Shown: positions 28,771 through 38,890, counted from the stretch's first letter. The stretch is 64,000 nucleotides of DNA from Polyangiaceae bacterium (GCA_044376115.1 JBILLK010000004.1:192001-256000); one strand, 5' to 3'. Notes: generated by a model not told the origin, from the letters alone. A program made the numbers and translations.

Positions 28771-29889
28771 TCAAGACCGAGTCAGCAGCCACACGGTGCC
28801 CAGCAGGGCGAGCAATGCTACCGACAGCGCTATTGGCAGCGCTCGCGTGCGTCCTTTGGATGGTGCAACCAACGCGCGTGGCACCGTCTCGGTCATGAGC
28901 GGTACGTTTGCTGTTTGCTCGCAGACGTCGGGTATTGGCGGCTGCGCGAGCTCTGGATCTCGGTGCGTGATCGGCACCGTCAGATCGGCGATCGCAGGCG
29001 TCGCAGCTGGCTTTGCGGGAGGCAAAGGCTCGATGAAGGTGGGCCTGCCCGAACAGCCATCCTCCCCCGAAAGTGCGGCATCGAAGGCTGACATGAACTC
29101 CGCCATCGTTTGAAATCGTCCGCGAGGCTCTTTGTGCAGGGCCCTGGCGAAGAACGCACCCAGGTTGGGCCCGCCGCTCGGCCCTACGTAGGAGCGCGGA
29201 GGATCGTTGAGAATCGAAACCAACACTTCGGCCGAATCACCGCTAAAGGGCCGCTCTCCAGACAGCGCTCGAAACAGAATCACCGCCAGCGACCAAAGGT
29301 CGGAGCGCTCATCCACCGAGCGGCCGTTGCGAATCTGTTCGGGACTCATATACGCAGCCGACCCCAACAAGGTCCCCGGTCGCGTCAGCCGTTGGTTCTC
29401 GTCGCTGACCGCTGCCACGCCGAAATCGAGGATCAACGCTTGTGCGGGAGAGTCGCGCAGGAACACGTTCGCTGGCTTGAGATCGCGGTGAACGATCCCA
29501 GCCTGGTGCGCCTGTGACAACGCTGCGCCGACCTCACGTAGCAACCGAGTCGCGTCCTCGATCGAGATCACGCCCTCGCGCTTCATCTTTTGTTCGAGCG
29601 TCTCGCCCTGCAAAAGGTCCATCACCAGAAAGCCGTGCGCGCCCAAGAAGCCGAAGTCGTAGACACGCACGAAGCCTGGGCCTTGCAACTTTTGGCAAAC
29701 CCGCGCTTCGCGCTCGAAGCGGGCGCGACTGTCATCGACGTTGGAGCTCTGAAACGCCACGAGCTTGATCGCGACCTGACGTTGCTTGCGCAGGTCGCAG
29801 GCCTCCCACACCTCACTCATCGCCCCTTCGCCAAGCTTGCGCTGGAGTTCGTAGCGACGCGCGACGACAACGCCGATTTGGCGCGACAT
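28771..29889 (-). CDS. Ser/Thr protein kinase with C-terminal membrane anchor
   Basis: GEGAMSEV, VAIK, HRDLKPAN, DFG, YMSPE; start MSRQIG. Confidence 0.9.
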   Translation of the reverse strand: MSRQIGVVVARRYELQRKLGEGAMSEVWEACDLRKQRQVAIKLVAFQSSNVDDSRARFEREARVCQKLQGPGFVRVYDFGFLGAHGFLVMDLLQGETLEQKMKREGVISIEDATRLLREVGAALSQAHQAGIVHRDLKPANVFLRDSPAQALILDFGVAAVSDENQRLTRPGTLLGSAAYMSPEQIRNGRSVDERSDLWSLAVILFRALSGERPFSGDSAEVLVSILNDPPRSYVGPSGGPNLGAFFARALHKEPRGRFQTMAEFMSAFDAALSGEDGCSGRPTFIEPLPPAKPAATPAIADLTVPITHRDPELAQPPIPDVCEQTANVPLMTETVPRALVAPSKGRTRALPIALSVALLALLGTVWLLTRS

Positions 29890-30063
29890 GGGCAGCTGTT
29901 CCTGCGGAGCTCGAGACACGCCACGGCGCTCTCGAGCTCTCCCGCGCCGCTCTACAGGCGCAGCTGGAAAGCTGGAAATCGACACACTCGTGGTAGCGGC
30001 ACAAACCTGGCGGAGGTTCACGCACGAGAAGAGCAACTTGGGCGGAATGGTGCCCTGTGCAGC

Positions 30064-31227
30064 TCAGATCTGCGCGTAACGCCCGCTCTTGAAGGACGCC
30101 TCGAGCAGCTGCGTGACGCGGGCCTCGAGGGCGCGCGCCTCAGCCTGAGGGATGGAGGCCAGCGCCGTACGTATTTCTCCCAAGGCCTTGAGCTGACTGA
30201 AGAGCTGCACGTCTCCCACCGCGCCGCCGCCAGTCAAGATATGACGAATGCGGTCCACCTCGGCAGCGAGGCCTTCAACGCCCATGCGCAAAGCGCCAAC
30301 CCGTCTTCGGTCGGGGTGCTCGCGATAAAAGGACTCCAGCACCGGTTGAACCAACCCTTCGAGCAGATGTGCCTGATCCTCGTTGTTCCAGATGTGTTTG
30401 AGGATGAAAAAGTCAGAGGCGTCAGCGGTCGCACGACCATCGACGAAGGCACTGGCCGCAAACAGCTTCAACATCTTTACGACGCGGCGATCCGAGAGGC
30501 TGACGCCTTCCGCACGAATCTGAAAAACCAGGCCCTTGTAGCTGGAGAGGAAGGCGTCGGAGAAGGCCATGCGTTGACCGAACGATTTGCCCATCTCGAT
30601 CAGCTCGCTCGCTGCGAGCAGCGGCGTTGGCCGGGTGCCCGAGAGCTGATGAACCTCGTGCGCGATACCGCGCGTGAGCAAGTCGGTGAAGTGGTAGGCA
30701 TCAAGATTTTCACTCCGCACGCGGAGTAGGAAGCGGTCAAAGATGGCGCCCAGCGTTTCGTCCGCCGGGACCTCGTTCGACGCGGCGAACACGCTGATCA
30801 GCGGGCACTTGATGATCTGCGCGCCGCTCGTCATGCGCCGCTCGTTGAGCAACGTCAGCAGCGCATTCAAAATGGCGCTGTTCGACTTGAAGACCTCATC
30901 CAAGAAGACGATCTCCGCCTCGGGTAACATGCCGGTCACGTTGCGGCGGTACTCCCCCTCTCGGAACGCGGCGATGTCCACCGGCCCGAAGATCTCGTTG
31001 GGTTCGGTGAACCGCGTCAGCAGGTACTCGAAGTAGCGGGCCTGGAGCAGCCCAGCCAAGGAGCGAATCAGCGCGCTTTTGGCAGTACCGGGCGGGCCAA
31101 GCAGCACACAGTGCTCACCGGCCACGACCGCGATCACGAGAAGACGGATGATCTCGTCTTTCCCTAAGAATTGAGCCTCAAGGGACGAGGCGACCTGCCG
31201 GAGGCGGGTGCTAACGGAATCGCTCAT
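30064..31227 (-). CDS. RavA-like MoxR AAA+ ATPase
   Basis: GPPGTAKS, FEYLLTRFTEPNEIFGP, FLDEVFK, ASNE, DRFLLR, SDRR. Confidence 0.9.
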   Translation of the reverse strand: MSDSVSTRLRQVASSLEAQFLGKDEIIRLLVIAVVAGEHCVLLGPPGTAKSALIRSLAGLLQARYFEYLLTRFTEPNEIFGPVDIAAFREGEYRRNVTGMLPEAEIVFLDEVFKSNSAILNALLTLLNERRMTSGAQIIKCPLISVFAASNEVPADETLGAIFDRFLLRVRSENLDAYHFTDLLTRGIAHEVHQLSGTRPTPLLAASELIEMGKSFGQRMAFSDAFLSSYKGLVFQIRAEGVSLSDRRVVKMLKLFAASAFVDGRATADASDFFILKHIWNNEDQAHLLEGLVQPVLESFYREHPDRRRVGALRMGVEGLAAEVDRIRHILTGGGAVGDVQLFSQLKALGEIRTALASIPQAEARALEARVTQLLEASFKSGRYAQI

Positions 31228-31304
31228 GTTTTGTCTCGGTTGCGACGTACGCCAAGCTATTGCCCCCGGAACGTCGTCGCAATAGCTTCTAGGTCGAGGC
31301 ATTC

Positions 31305-32036
31305 GTGAATCAACGCGCGCATCCCACCGTACGCCCTTACGCGCTAGCTCTTGGCGTGGTTCCGCGGCGCGGAGTGGAAGACCAGCTTTCGTTCCTTGGA
31401 CCTGCAGCTGGGCAAGACTTGGCGTCAGCCCTCTTGCTCGACACTCTTGGCGCTCTATCGACCTTTCCGGTGCGGCATCGTGTGGTGTTCACCGACGGTA
31501 CCGACGCGGTCACACGTCACACGCGGCTACCCGCAACCTGGCGGGAGCTTTCGCAGCGCGGGGAGTCAGCGTCGGAGAAGATCGACGCTGCTTTTCAGGA
31601 TCTGCTCGCGCTCGGAGCGGAAGCGATGCTGCTCGTTACTGCAGACGGTCCGATGCTGCCGCTCGCGCAGATGTTCGACGGCATGATGTGGCTGCTGCCC
31701 AAGAGTCGAATTCTCTGCGGTGCAAACGAGCACTCGGGTCTCTACGCGCTCGGCGCTGCAGACCGCCTGAACTTCGTGGGTTCGCGTGATGCGGCAGTTC
31801 CCGGAGAAGCGCTCGGCATCATGAACCACGTTGAATCGCCTGCTGCCGCAGACGCGGAAGACCGAATCGCCCGCGCCTGCGAGAGCAACTCCTTCGAATT
31901 GGAACGGCTACCCAGGTCCTATCGGATCGAGGACCTCGATTCGCTCTCTCGACTTCACGCCGAGATCAAAGGGGGAATGTTTGCCCCCCAAACGCGCAAG
32001 CTTCTCGAGCGAGCGGATTTCGCCGCCATTGTTTGA
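31305..32036 (+). CDS. DUF2064/TIGR04282-like glycosyltransferase-fold protein, divergent
   Basis: LLLDTL, QRGES...KIDAAF, ADGPMLP, GLYALG, YRIEDLDSLSRL resemble the family pattern. Confidence 0.6.
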   Translation: MNQRAHPTVRPYALALGVVPRRGVEDQLSFLGPAAGQDLASALLLDTLGALSTFPVRHRVVFTDGTDAVTRHTRLPATWRELSQRGESASEKIDAAFQDLLALGAEAMLLVTADGPMLPLAQMFDGMMWLLPKSRILCGANEHSGLYALGAADRLNFVGSRDAAVPGEALGIMNHVESPAAADAEDRIARACESNSFELERLPRSYRIEDLDSLSRLHAEIKGGMFAPQTRKLLERADFAAIV

Positions 32037-32085
32037 AGCCAGGTCAGGGCTGAAAGAATAATTCGTCGGTCCTCGAACAAAGACA

Positions 32086-32113
32086 TTGACCCGGAAAAAT
32101 TCTTGAGTAGTGT
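32086..32113 (+). promoter_or_regulatory. Candidate sigma70 promoter of tRNA-Gly
   Basis: TTGACC-N16-TAGTGT, 13 nt before the tRNA. Confidence 0.55.
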
Positions 32114-32126
32114 AGCGCTCGCTGTT

Positions 32127-32198
<72 letters not shown>

Positions 32199-32219
32199 CT
32201 GAATCAGTAGTAAACCAGG

Positions 32220-32255
32220 ATGGCGCGCCCGAATAAGGCGCGCCGTTTTCGTTTT
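32220..32255 (+). terminator. Intrinsic terminator after tRNA-Gly
   Basis: GGCGCGCC-CGAATAA-GGCGCGCC followed by GTTTTCGTTTT. Confidence 0.8.
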
Positions 32256-32297
32256 GTCGGCTTAGCTGGCGGCGAAAGGCCTAAGCGGCGAGCGGCT

Positions 32298-33782
32298 TCA
32301 CTTGTGGATGTAGATGAGCGTGCCCCCTTGCGGGCTCGTTGCGCCGTGCCAGTCGCTGGGCACTTTGGGGTCGGTCCAGTCGAACAGATAGGCTGCATCC
32401 GTCGGCGCCAAGTTCACACAGCCGTGGCTCCGAGGTTTTCCAAAGTCGTCGTGCCAATAGGCTGCGTGCAAGGCGTAACCCTCGTGGAAATACTGGATGT
32501 AGGGCACGTCTCGAAGATCGAACGCCTCGTCCGAGCCTTCCTCGCCATCCATCGTCCCGGAGACATGCTTGGTGCGGATCATGAACGTGCCGCGGATGGT
32601 TGAGAAGGTCGTGTCAGGGTCTCCCATGCCACCACGCCCGGTCGACACGAGCGCTGCATACACGGGCCTCTCCCCCTCGTAGGCCGTCAGCAGCTGGTTC
32701 TCGATGCTGACGCTGATCCACTTCTTCCCGCGCTCCGCGTGCTTCGCGCGGTCCTTGCGCAGCTCGCCGACCACGAGGGCGGGCGCAGGTAACCAGAGTC
32801 CCGTAGTCGTCTCCAAGAGCCCGCTCGCGCCACCGTGGGTCTTGCCCGTGAGTTCAAAGCCTGTGCGGCCTTTGACGGCTTCGCTTGGTCGAAACGACGC
32901 TCCGCTCGGCTCGTAGGCTCGAGTACCGGAGGCCAACACAAAGGCCGGTGCACCGCCGCTTTTGAGCTCGACGCCGCGAACCTGGCTGACCGTGGCGGGT
33001 TTGGTTTGATCGAGGGCGATCAGATCGAGCTCGGTCGTCAACCCGAAGCGTCGATCGGTCCACTCGAAGATGGTCGAGAGACCGAACGCAGAGTTGCTTC
33101 GCGCGCGGCCGCGATGCACCGAATACGAGAGGTTCTTGTCGCTTCCGTACGGCTGCGGCAGGTCTTTGCCGGAGAGCAGGTACTCAGGCACGTCTGCTAC
33201 CGGAAGCGCCGCCAACGCCGGCTGCAAGTAGCCGCCCCGACGTTGCCCCTCGACGCGCTGCTGGTCCGCGAGCGACGGCAGGCGGAAGTAGAGGTGCGGC
33301 GCTGGCTCGCCGCTCATGGCGTAGTCGTACGGCAACGGCTGGCCACGACGCGGAGCAAGCTTTGCGGCCTGTACAATCGGGTGATTGAGGTCGAGCGTTG
33401 CGCCCTTCCCAACACATACGTACCCGCGAGGCTGAATTCGGTACCAGCCGCCTTCACAGCCGGAGGTTCCGAGCGGGTCGGGACTTCTATCAACGACCGC
33501 TCCCGCCCGCAGATAGCCGAGCTTCGATGCGCGGGACTCGGGGTGGTCGTAGACCCAGGTCCGCATCGCGATAGAGCCAACTTTGGTCGCAGCGTTCGGC
33601 TCGGCGTCGGGCTTCACTGGCACCGCAGGTGGCGGTTCCGCAGCCGCGCTAGCGGTAACGCTCGGGAGCGTGAGCGTGAGCTTTGCCGAGTCGTCGGAAC
33701 GCCGACCAGGCGGCTGCTTGAACTCGCACGCACCCAGCGCAATCAGCGCCAGTAGCCACCGCGTCTCGATGCGGAGGGTCAT
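32298..33782 (-). CDS. L,D-transpeptidase (YkuD) lipoprotein
   Basis: Lipobox LGAC; VSTG; HAAYWH...SHGCVNL catalytic motif. Confidence 0.9.
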   Translation of the reverse strand: MTLRIETRWLLALIALGACEFKQPPGRRSDDSAKLTLTLPSVTASAAAEPPPAVPVKPDAEPNAATKVGSIAMRTWVYDHPESRASKLGYLRAGAVVDRSPDPLGTSGCEGGWYRIQPRGYVCVGKGATLDLNHPIVQAAKLAPRRGQPLPYDYAMSGEPAPHLYFRLPSLADQQRVEGQRRGGYLQPALAALPVADVPEYLLSGKDLPQPYGSDKNLSYSVHRGRARSNSAFGLSTIFEWTDRRFGLTTELDLIALDQTKPATVSQVRGVELKSGGAPAFVLASGTRAYEPSGASFRPSEAVKGRTGFELTGKTHGGASGLLETTTGLWLPAPALVVGELRKDRAKHAERGKKWISVSIENQLLTAYEGERPVYAALVSTGRGGMGDPDTTFSTIRGTFMIRTKHVSGTMDGEEGSDEAFDLRDVPYIQYFHEGYALHAAYWHDDFGKPRSHGCVNLAPTDAAYLFDWTDPKVPSDWHGATSPQGGTLIYIHK

Positions 33783-33808
33783 ACGCGCCTGCGAACGACC
33801 ATCAACGC

Positions 33809-35395
33809 TTACTCGGGCTTGGGTCCCGCAACCTGCGCAGCCCGCGCCTCGACGACTCGCGCGTAGCTTTGGGCGTAGAGACGCGCAGGGCGCTCCCAAC
33901 CAACGTCCAACCGCATCACCCGTCGACGGAGCGAAGAAAGGCGCGGATGCCGGAAGGTGGTCACCGCGCGCCCAACTGCGCCCGCTAGATCCTCGACGGT
34001 CGCGGCTTCGAACAAGAGCCCCGTGCCCGTCTCGAGATCGACGTCCACATCGACGACGGTGTCGACCAACCCGCCCGTGCGAGCGACGACGGGGATGGCA
34101 CCGTAGCGTTGAGCATAGAGTTGCACCAAACCGCAGGGCTCCGAGCGTGAGGGCATCAACACGAAGTCAGCTGCAGCGACCAGGCGATGGGCGACCTTCT
34201 CCTCAACGAAGCCGAGGTAGCGAACGCGTTCGCCAAACTCCGAGGCAGCAGCCTTGAGCTCGGCCTCGATCGCAGCATCCCCTCGCCCGGCCACCACGAG
34301 ACAGAGGTCTTGCTTCATCAGCCTGGCTACGGCCTTCGCCAGCACGTCCGTACCCTTTTGCTTGGTGACTCGACCGAGCGACACGAACAGCGGAATCGCC
34401 GGATCGAGCGGGAGGCCGAGCTCGGCCAAAAGGGTGCTCTTGGAGCGACCACGATTCGACCAATCGTCCGAATCGTAGCGAGCAACGAGCGACGGGTCGG
34501 TGGCGGGATTCCAAACGCTTGCATCAACACCGTTGACGATGCCCTGAACAGGAGCCGGTCGAGCTCGAAGCACGCCTTCGAGCCGAAAGCCCTTCCCCTC
34601 CGTGGTCAATTCCCGCGCGTAACTCGGCGAAACCGTGGTCACTGAATCCGCGCTGACGATGCCGCCCTTGAGCAAATTCACGCCACCATAGAACTCGAGC
34701 CCTTCGAGCGTGAAGTGCGCCATCGACAGACCGAAGAGGCGCAACACGGCGCGCACTTTGTCTGCGGCGAAGAAGCCTTGGGCCGAGGCATCATGGATCG
34801 TCAAGACCGACGCAATACCGGCGAGTTCAGGGACCTCTCGCATCAAGAACGGAATCATCGCAGCCGGCCAGTCGTGAACGTGAACGGCGTCGAACGGTGC
34901 CTCTCCAGCCCGCAGGCCGCCGGTGCTGGCGCGCGCCTTCAAGAACTCCACCACCGCCCGATTGAAAAGCGCAACCTTGAGCGCACCAACCAGCGTTCCT
35001 TCGCCGGCGTAGATCTTGTCGGTGGCCTTCGAGGTGACGTCGCCGAACAGGCTTCCTCCAGGGAAGACGTCCGAGGCAGGGACCTGGACGTCGAAGAAAA
35101 CAACGTCTACCCCCGAGCCCAAACGCGCATCGAACAGAATTACGTCGGTCGGCCGGTCCGCTAGAAACGCTGCCTCTGAAGGCAGATCGGACGCAGCGAG
35201 CGCTGGCAACTTCAGCGGCGTCAACCGACGGGCCAACAGCACCCCAGCCTCCTCGAAGGCGGGGTACCGAGGCAAGGCGAGGGTGACGCGATGCCCCTGG
35301 TTGCGCAGTGTCTTCGACAGGGCGAAAACGACGTCAGCCAGACCGCCAACCTTGGCCATCGGCGAAAGCTCAGTCGCGACGAAAAGGATCTCCAT
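33809..35395 (-). CDS. glgA: Glycogen synthase
   Basis: KVGGLADV, HDW, TVSPSYA, GIVNGVD..WNP, QKG, EPCGL. Confidence 0.92.
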   Translation of the reverse strand: MEILFVATELSPMAKVGGLADVVFALSKTLRNQGHRVTLALPRYPAFEEAGVLLARRLTPLKLPALAASDLPSEAAFLADRPTDVILFDARLGSGVDVVFFDVQVPASDVFPGGSLFGDVTSKATDKIYAGEGTLVGALKVALFNRAVVEFLKARASTGGLRAGEAPFDAVHVHDWPAAMIPFLMREVPELAGIASVLTIHDASAQGFFAADKVRAVLRLFGLSMAHFTLEGLEFYGGVNLLKGGIVSADSVTTVSPSYARELTTEGKGFRLEGVLRARPAPVQGIVNGVDASVWNPATDPSLVARYDSDDWSNRGRSKSTLLAELGLPLDPAIPLFVSLGRVTKQKGTDVLAKAVARLMKQDLCLVVAGRGDAAIEAELKAAASEFGERVRYLGFVEEKVAHRLVAAADFVLMPSRSEPCGLVQLYAQRYGAIPVVARTGGLVDTVVDVDVDLETGTGLLFEAATVEDLAGAVGRAVTTFRHPRLSSLRRRVMRLDVGWERPARLYAQSYARVVEARAAQVAGPKPE

Positions 35396-35508
35396 GCGTC
35401 GGACGGTCTACCACACTTGTGATCAGCGGGGCGGGCCGAAAAGACTCACAGCGCCGCCTACGTCGTGCAAGATTCCGCCCGCTTCCGTCTCGGAGCGCCC
35501 CAACCCGC

Positions 35509-36567
35509 ATGACCCGTCTTCGCAACTACGAACTTTTGCGCGAGCCGCAGCGCCCGCCTTCCATCGACGGGGCAGCCGTGTTGACCGTGCTGCGGGTTCC
35601 TCCCGAAAACGAGGGTATGCGGCTGGATCGCTTCGTTCAGTCGCAACTCAAGCGAACAACCCGCACTCGCGCCCAATTCATCATCGAGAAAAGCGCGTTT
35701 ACGCCCGAGGGGCGGCCGCACCAAAAGGCGGACCGGGTCCGCAGTGAACAGTGGATCTGCCTTTGGCGCGCACCGTGGGACGAGGCTTTCACCGATACCG
35801 AGCTGCCCATCCTCTACGAAGACGAGGACCTGTGTGCGGTCGACAAGCCGCCGATGATCCCCGTGCACCCGACAGCTCGCTACTTTCGCTCGACGGTGGT
35901 CAAACTGCTGGAGCACAAGCGGCCCGAACAGCGGTTCTACCTTGCGCATCGGCTCGACCGTGAGACGAGCGGCGTGCTGCTGCTTACGAAGAACAAAGAG
36001 GCGGACCGTCATATCAAGAAGCAGTTCGCTGGGCTCGATCCGGAAACTGGCCGGCCCTCCGCTCTGCGGTTCGTGGCCAAACGCTACCTCGCCGTTTGCC
36101 ACGGCGACCCTGGGCGGGAGAGCTTCATCGTGGACTCCCCGCTCGAGCCCGACCCGACCTCGAGCCTGCGCGTGAAGATGCGTGTAGCGACGGTGGGCGG
36201 GCTGGAGTCGCTCACGCGCTGCACGCTCGTGTCTCGCCACCGTTCACGTAAGACCGGAGCTGCTTATTCGGTCATTGCCTGCGATCTCGAGACGGGCCGT
36301 CAGCACCAAATTCGGGTGCATCTAGCGAGCATCGGCTGCCCTCTCGTCGGCGAGAAACTGTACAGCGGGGACGACGACCTCTTTCGCCGTGGCGCGGATG
36401 GCACGCTGACCAGCCAAGACCAGGAGCTGCTTCAACTCGAGCGGCAGGCGCTGCACGCGCAAACCCTCGAACTCGAGCATCCGCGCGAAGCACGGCGCGT
36501 TCGCATCACGAGTCCGCTGCCGCGCGACATCGCCGAGTTCTTGGACGCGCAAGATAAGCTCAACTGA
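35509..36567 (+). CDS. RluA-family RNA pseudouridine synthase (RluD-like)
   Basis: RLDRF, VDKP, HRLDRETSG, TGRQHQIRVH, QALHA. Confidence 0.92.
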   Translation: MTRLRNYELLREPQRPPSIDGAAVLTVLRVPPENEGMRLDRFVQSQLKRTTRTRAQFIIEKSAFTPEGRPHQKADRVRSEQWICLWRAPWDEAFTDTELPILYEDEDLCAVDKPPMIPVHPTARYFRSTVVKLLEHKRPEQRFYLAHRLDRETSGVLLLTKNKEADRHIKKQFAGLDPETGRPSALRFVAKRYLAVCHGDPGRESFIVDSPLEPDPTSSLRVKMRVATVGGLESLTRCTLVSRHRSRKTGAAYSVIACDLETGRQHQIRVHLASIGCPLVGEKLYSGDDDLFRRGADGTLTSQDQELLQLERQALHAQTLELEHPREARRVRITSPLPRDIAEFLDAQDKLN

Positions 36568-36604
36568 GAGAAAGCGAATGCCCGAACCGAGGGCTCGGGC
36601 ATCG
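36568..36604 (-). terminator. Terminator-like hairpin between convergent genes
   Basis: Minus strand ATGCCCGAGCC-CTC-GGTTCGGGCAT then TCGCTTTCTCT. Confidence 0.6.
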
Positions 36605-36628
36605 TGCGTCCTTCACGCCACGCTCAAA

Positions 36629-36841
36629 CTACTTCTTGGGCGCGAGGTTGTTGATCGCCTGGGCCCAAAGCACGAACTTGTTGGTCGCAAGGTCGCGGAT
36701 GGTGCTGATCCCGAGCGCGCTCTTGAGCGCGGCGGCGTCAGCTTCGGAGACGCCCTGCAACGCGCTCACGGGCGCGTCTGCTAGCTCAGCAAACTCTTTG
36801 CTTTCGAACGACTTATCGAGAATCGAGGAGATATTGGCCAT
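36629..36841 (-). CDS. Small helix-hairpin-helix-like protein (70 aa)
   Basis: APVSALQGVSEADAAALKSALGISTIRDLA is an HhH-type pattern; coding-like codon usage. Confidence 0.8.
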   Translation of the reverse strand: MANISSILDKSFESKEFAELADAPVSALQGVSEADAAALKSALGISTIRDLATNKFVLWAQAINNLAPKK

Positions 36842-36885
36842 GACTGCGAGTAGCCCTCCCCCCTCGAGGCGTCAAACTCCGCCCA

Positions 36886-37233
36886 TTAGGAGAGAATGCG
36901 CACCACGGCTTGCTCGAGCTCGCGCGAAACCGGACCGCCGTCCACCTTCGTTACGAGCACGCGTTGGCCGTCGCTTAGCTCGACGACGCTCATGGCGAAA
37001 GCACGGTCGCTGAGCGAGGCGAGCAGCGGGTGCCCGAGCACTCCCTCCATCCGCAGCGCCGAAACCGCAGCCGCTACAGCGGGCTCCAGGTCCCCCACCC
37101 CAGAAACGCTCAGGCCCTCGAGCGTGCTGACCGCCAAACACGATGCCCCCGAACGTTCCTGCTCTGCGCTGAGCAGGAACTCGAGGGCTAGACTCTTGAC
37201 AGACGACCGGCAGACACGACGACACGGTTCCAT
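36886..37233 (-). CDS. Roadblock/LC7-like small protein
   Basis: Helix then LAVSTLEGLSVSG beta-hairpin then helix, terminal helix AVVRILS; fold call is inference. Confidence 0.55.
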   Translation of the reverse strand: MEPCRRVCRSSVKSLALEFLLSAEQERSGASCLAVSTLEGLSVSGVGDLEPAVAAAVSALRMEGVLGHPLLASLSDRAFAMSVVELSDGQRVLVTKVDGGPVSRELEQAVVRILS

Positions 37234-37286
37234 GCCCGAACTTTTCTACAGGCAGGATAATCGGCAAAGTTTCCGTCGGTGCTGAT

Positions 37287-37580
37287 TCAAATGCCGCGCG
37301 GCACCTTATCGAGATCGACCGTCGCGAGTGCATGGCGAATCAAAGCACTGCGGCTCGCCTTGGTTAGGCCCTTCGCCTTGAGCGTGTCGACCATGTCGTC
37401 GAGCTTCTTGAGGTCGTCGGTGTACATCGAGATGCAGATCACCTTGTAGTGCTCGGGCTTCGCAGTGTCCTTGGGCGGCCTGCTGCTTCGGCTCTTCGAA
37501 TAGAAGCTGCCCGAAAGTACGCCTTCCACTTCCGCTCGGTCGAGCAGACCCCACCCTCGCTGTCCGTCATCGCTACCCAT
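37287..37580 (-). CDS. Ribbon-helix-helix protein (ParG-like architecture)
   Basis: Flexible N-terminus plus KVICISMY (strand), DDLKKLDDMVDTLK (helix), SRSALIRHAL (helix); GGAGG RBS before ATG 37580. Confidence 0.78.
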   Translation of the reverse strand: MGSDDGQRGWGLLDRAEVEGVLSGSFYSKSRSSRPPKDTAKPEHYKVICISMYTDDLKKLDDMVDTLKAKGLTKASRSALIRHALATVDLDKVPRGI

Positions 37581-37612
37581 CGTGTCCTCCAATCGTCTGG
37601 TCGTGCGGCGGC

Positions 37613-38890
37613 CTAGAGCGAGGCTGCGGCTTGTTGCGGTTTGTCGGCGAGAGGGAGGCGCCTAGCTTGCTCCCGACTCGCGCACAGTCGCTTCACGACT
37701 GTCATGTAGTCGTCCGCGGCACTCATACCGGCGGCGTACTCGAAGATGGTTTGCCCCTGAGCAGGCGCCTCTTTGACTTTGATCGCTGCGCGAACCGGAG
37801 GCAGGCAGCGATCGCCAAAGTGCTCCTTCAATGTCTGCACCGCCTCATGACAAATCTTCGCGCGTGCGTCGAAGAAGGTCGGAAGGACGCCCCAGATCTG
37901 AACGGGGTGATGGAGCAGGGAGTTGACGTTCTTGATGGTCTTGATCACCTGCCGCACACCGACGAGCGAGAGGTAGTCACACGCCACCGGGACCAGCACG
38001 CTGTCGGCAAACACCAGCGCGTTCTGGTTCATCAGCGAAAGACTCGGCGAGCAATCGATCACGACGTAGTCGTAGCTCGAGGTCGCTGCGTGAAGTCGAT
38101 CGCGCAGCACGCGGTCGCGGTTCTGACGCCCAGCCAGGTACAACTCGGCGGCTGCCAGCGTCTCATTCGAGGGCAGCAGATCGAGGTTCTCGCGCACGGG
38201 TTTGACGGCTTGCTGGATCGAAAGCCCCATCACCAGCACGTGGTAGAGCGACCGCTCGCTGGAGGCTCCGAGCGAAACAGCCACGTTGCCCTGGGCGTCG
38301 GTGTCCACCAAGAGAACCCGGTTGCCAGCGAGGGCGAGACCGGCGGCAACACTGACAGCGCTGGTGGTCTTCCCCGTTCCACCCTTGTGGTTGAAGACGG
38401 CCAGTACACGCGGCGTTTCGCTGGGAGGGCTCGCCTCTGCTCGCTGACGAGGTTGCATGACCGGCACAACCACCCCCGACTTCGCTGCAGGCCTTGCGGC
38501 CGGCGATGCCGCGATCGGCGAGGCCAACGTCGGCACGGCAGTTGGTGCCGCCTCCGCACGGGCGGGAGGGACAGAGGCCGGGACGTGCGGCTGTTGGCAC
38601 ATTTCCCCGAGGGTCAAGCCTTCCGCCTCACGCTGAATCTGCGCACGGCACTCGGTGCTGCAGGCGTAATGACGCTTGCCTTTGACGTAAACGAGTTGCG
38701 CTGCGAGCGAGACGGCGAAGCGCTTCGAGCAAGCTCCACAGACCGCCCCGGTGGTCGCGCGCTTCTGGCTGATCTCGAGGCACTTCTGAGAACAGAAGAA
38801 CGCAAAACCGCCTTCCTGCTCCTCCATCTGGTAGCGGAACTGGACGTCGAAAGCAGTGGTGCACACGCTGCACGATTCGCGAATGGACAC
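37613..38890 (-). CDS. ParA-family ATPase with two N-terminal Cys4 TRASH/YHS-like zinc fingers
   Basis: CSVC...FCSQKC and CGAC...ACSTEC; deviant Walker A KGGTGKT, DTDAQGN, IDCSPS, EAPAQG; AAGGAG RBS. Confidence 0.9.
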   Translation of the reverse strand: MSIRESCSVCTTAFDVQFRYQMEEQEGGFAFFCSQKCLEISQKRATTGAVCGACSKRFAVSLAAQLVYVKGKRHYACSTECRAQIQREAEGLTLGEMCQQPHVPASVPPARAEAAPTAVPTLASPIAASPAARPAAKSGVVVPVMQPRQRAEASPPSETPRVLAVFNHKGGTGKTTSAVSVAAGLALAGNRVLLVDTDAQGNVAVSLGASSERSLYHVLVMGLSIQQAVKPVRENLDLLPSNETLAAAELYLAGRQNRDRVLRDRLHAATSSYDYVVIDCSPSLSLMNQNALVFADSVLVPVACDYLSLVGVRQVIKTIKNVNSLLHHPVQIWGVLPTFFDARAKICHEAVQTLKEHFGDRCLPPVRAAIKVKEAPAQGQTIFEYAAGMSAADDYMTVVKRLCASREQARRLPLADKPQQAAASL

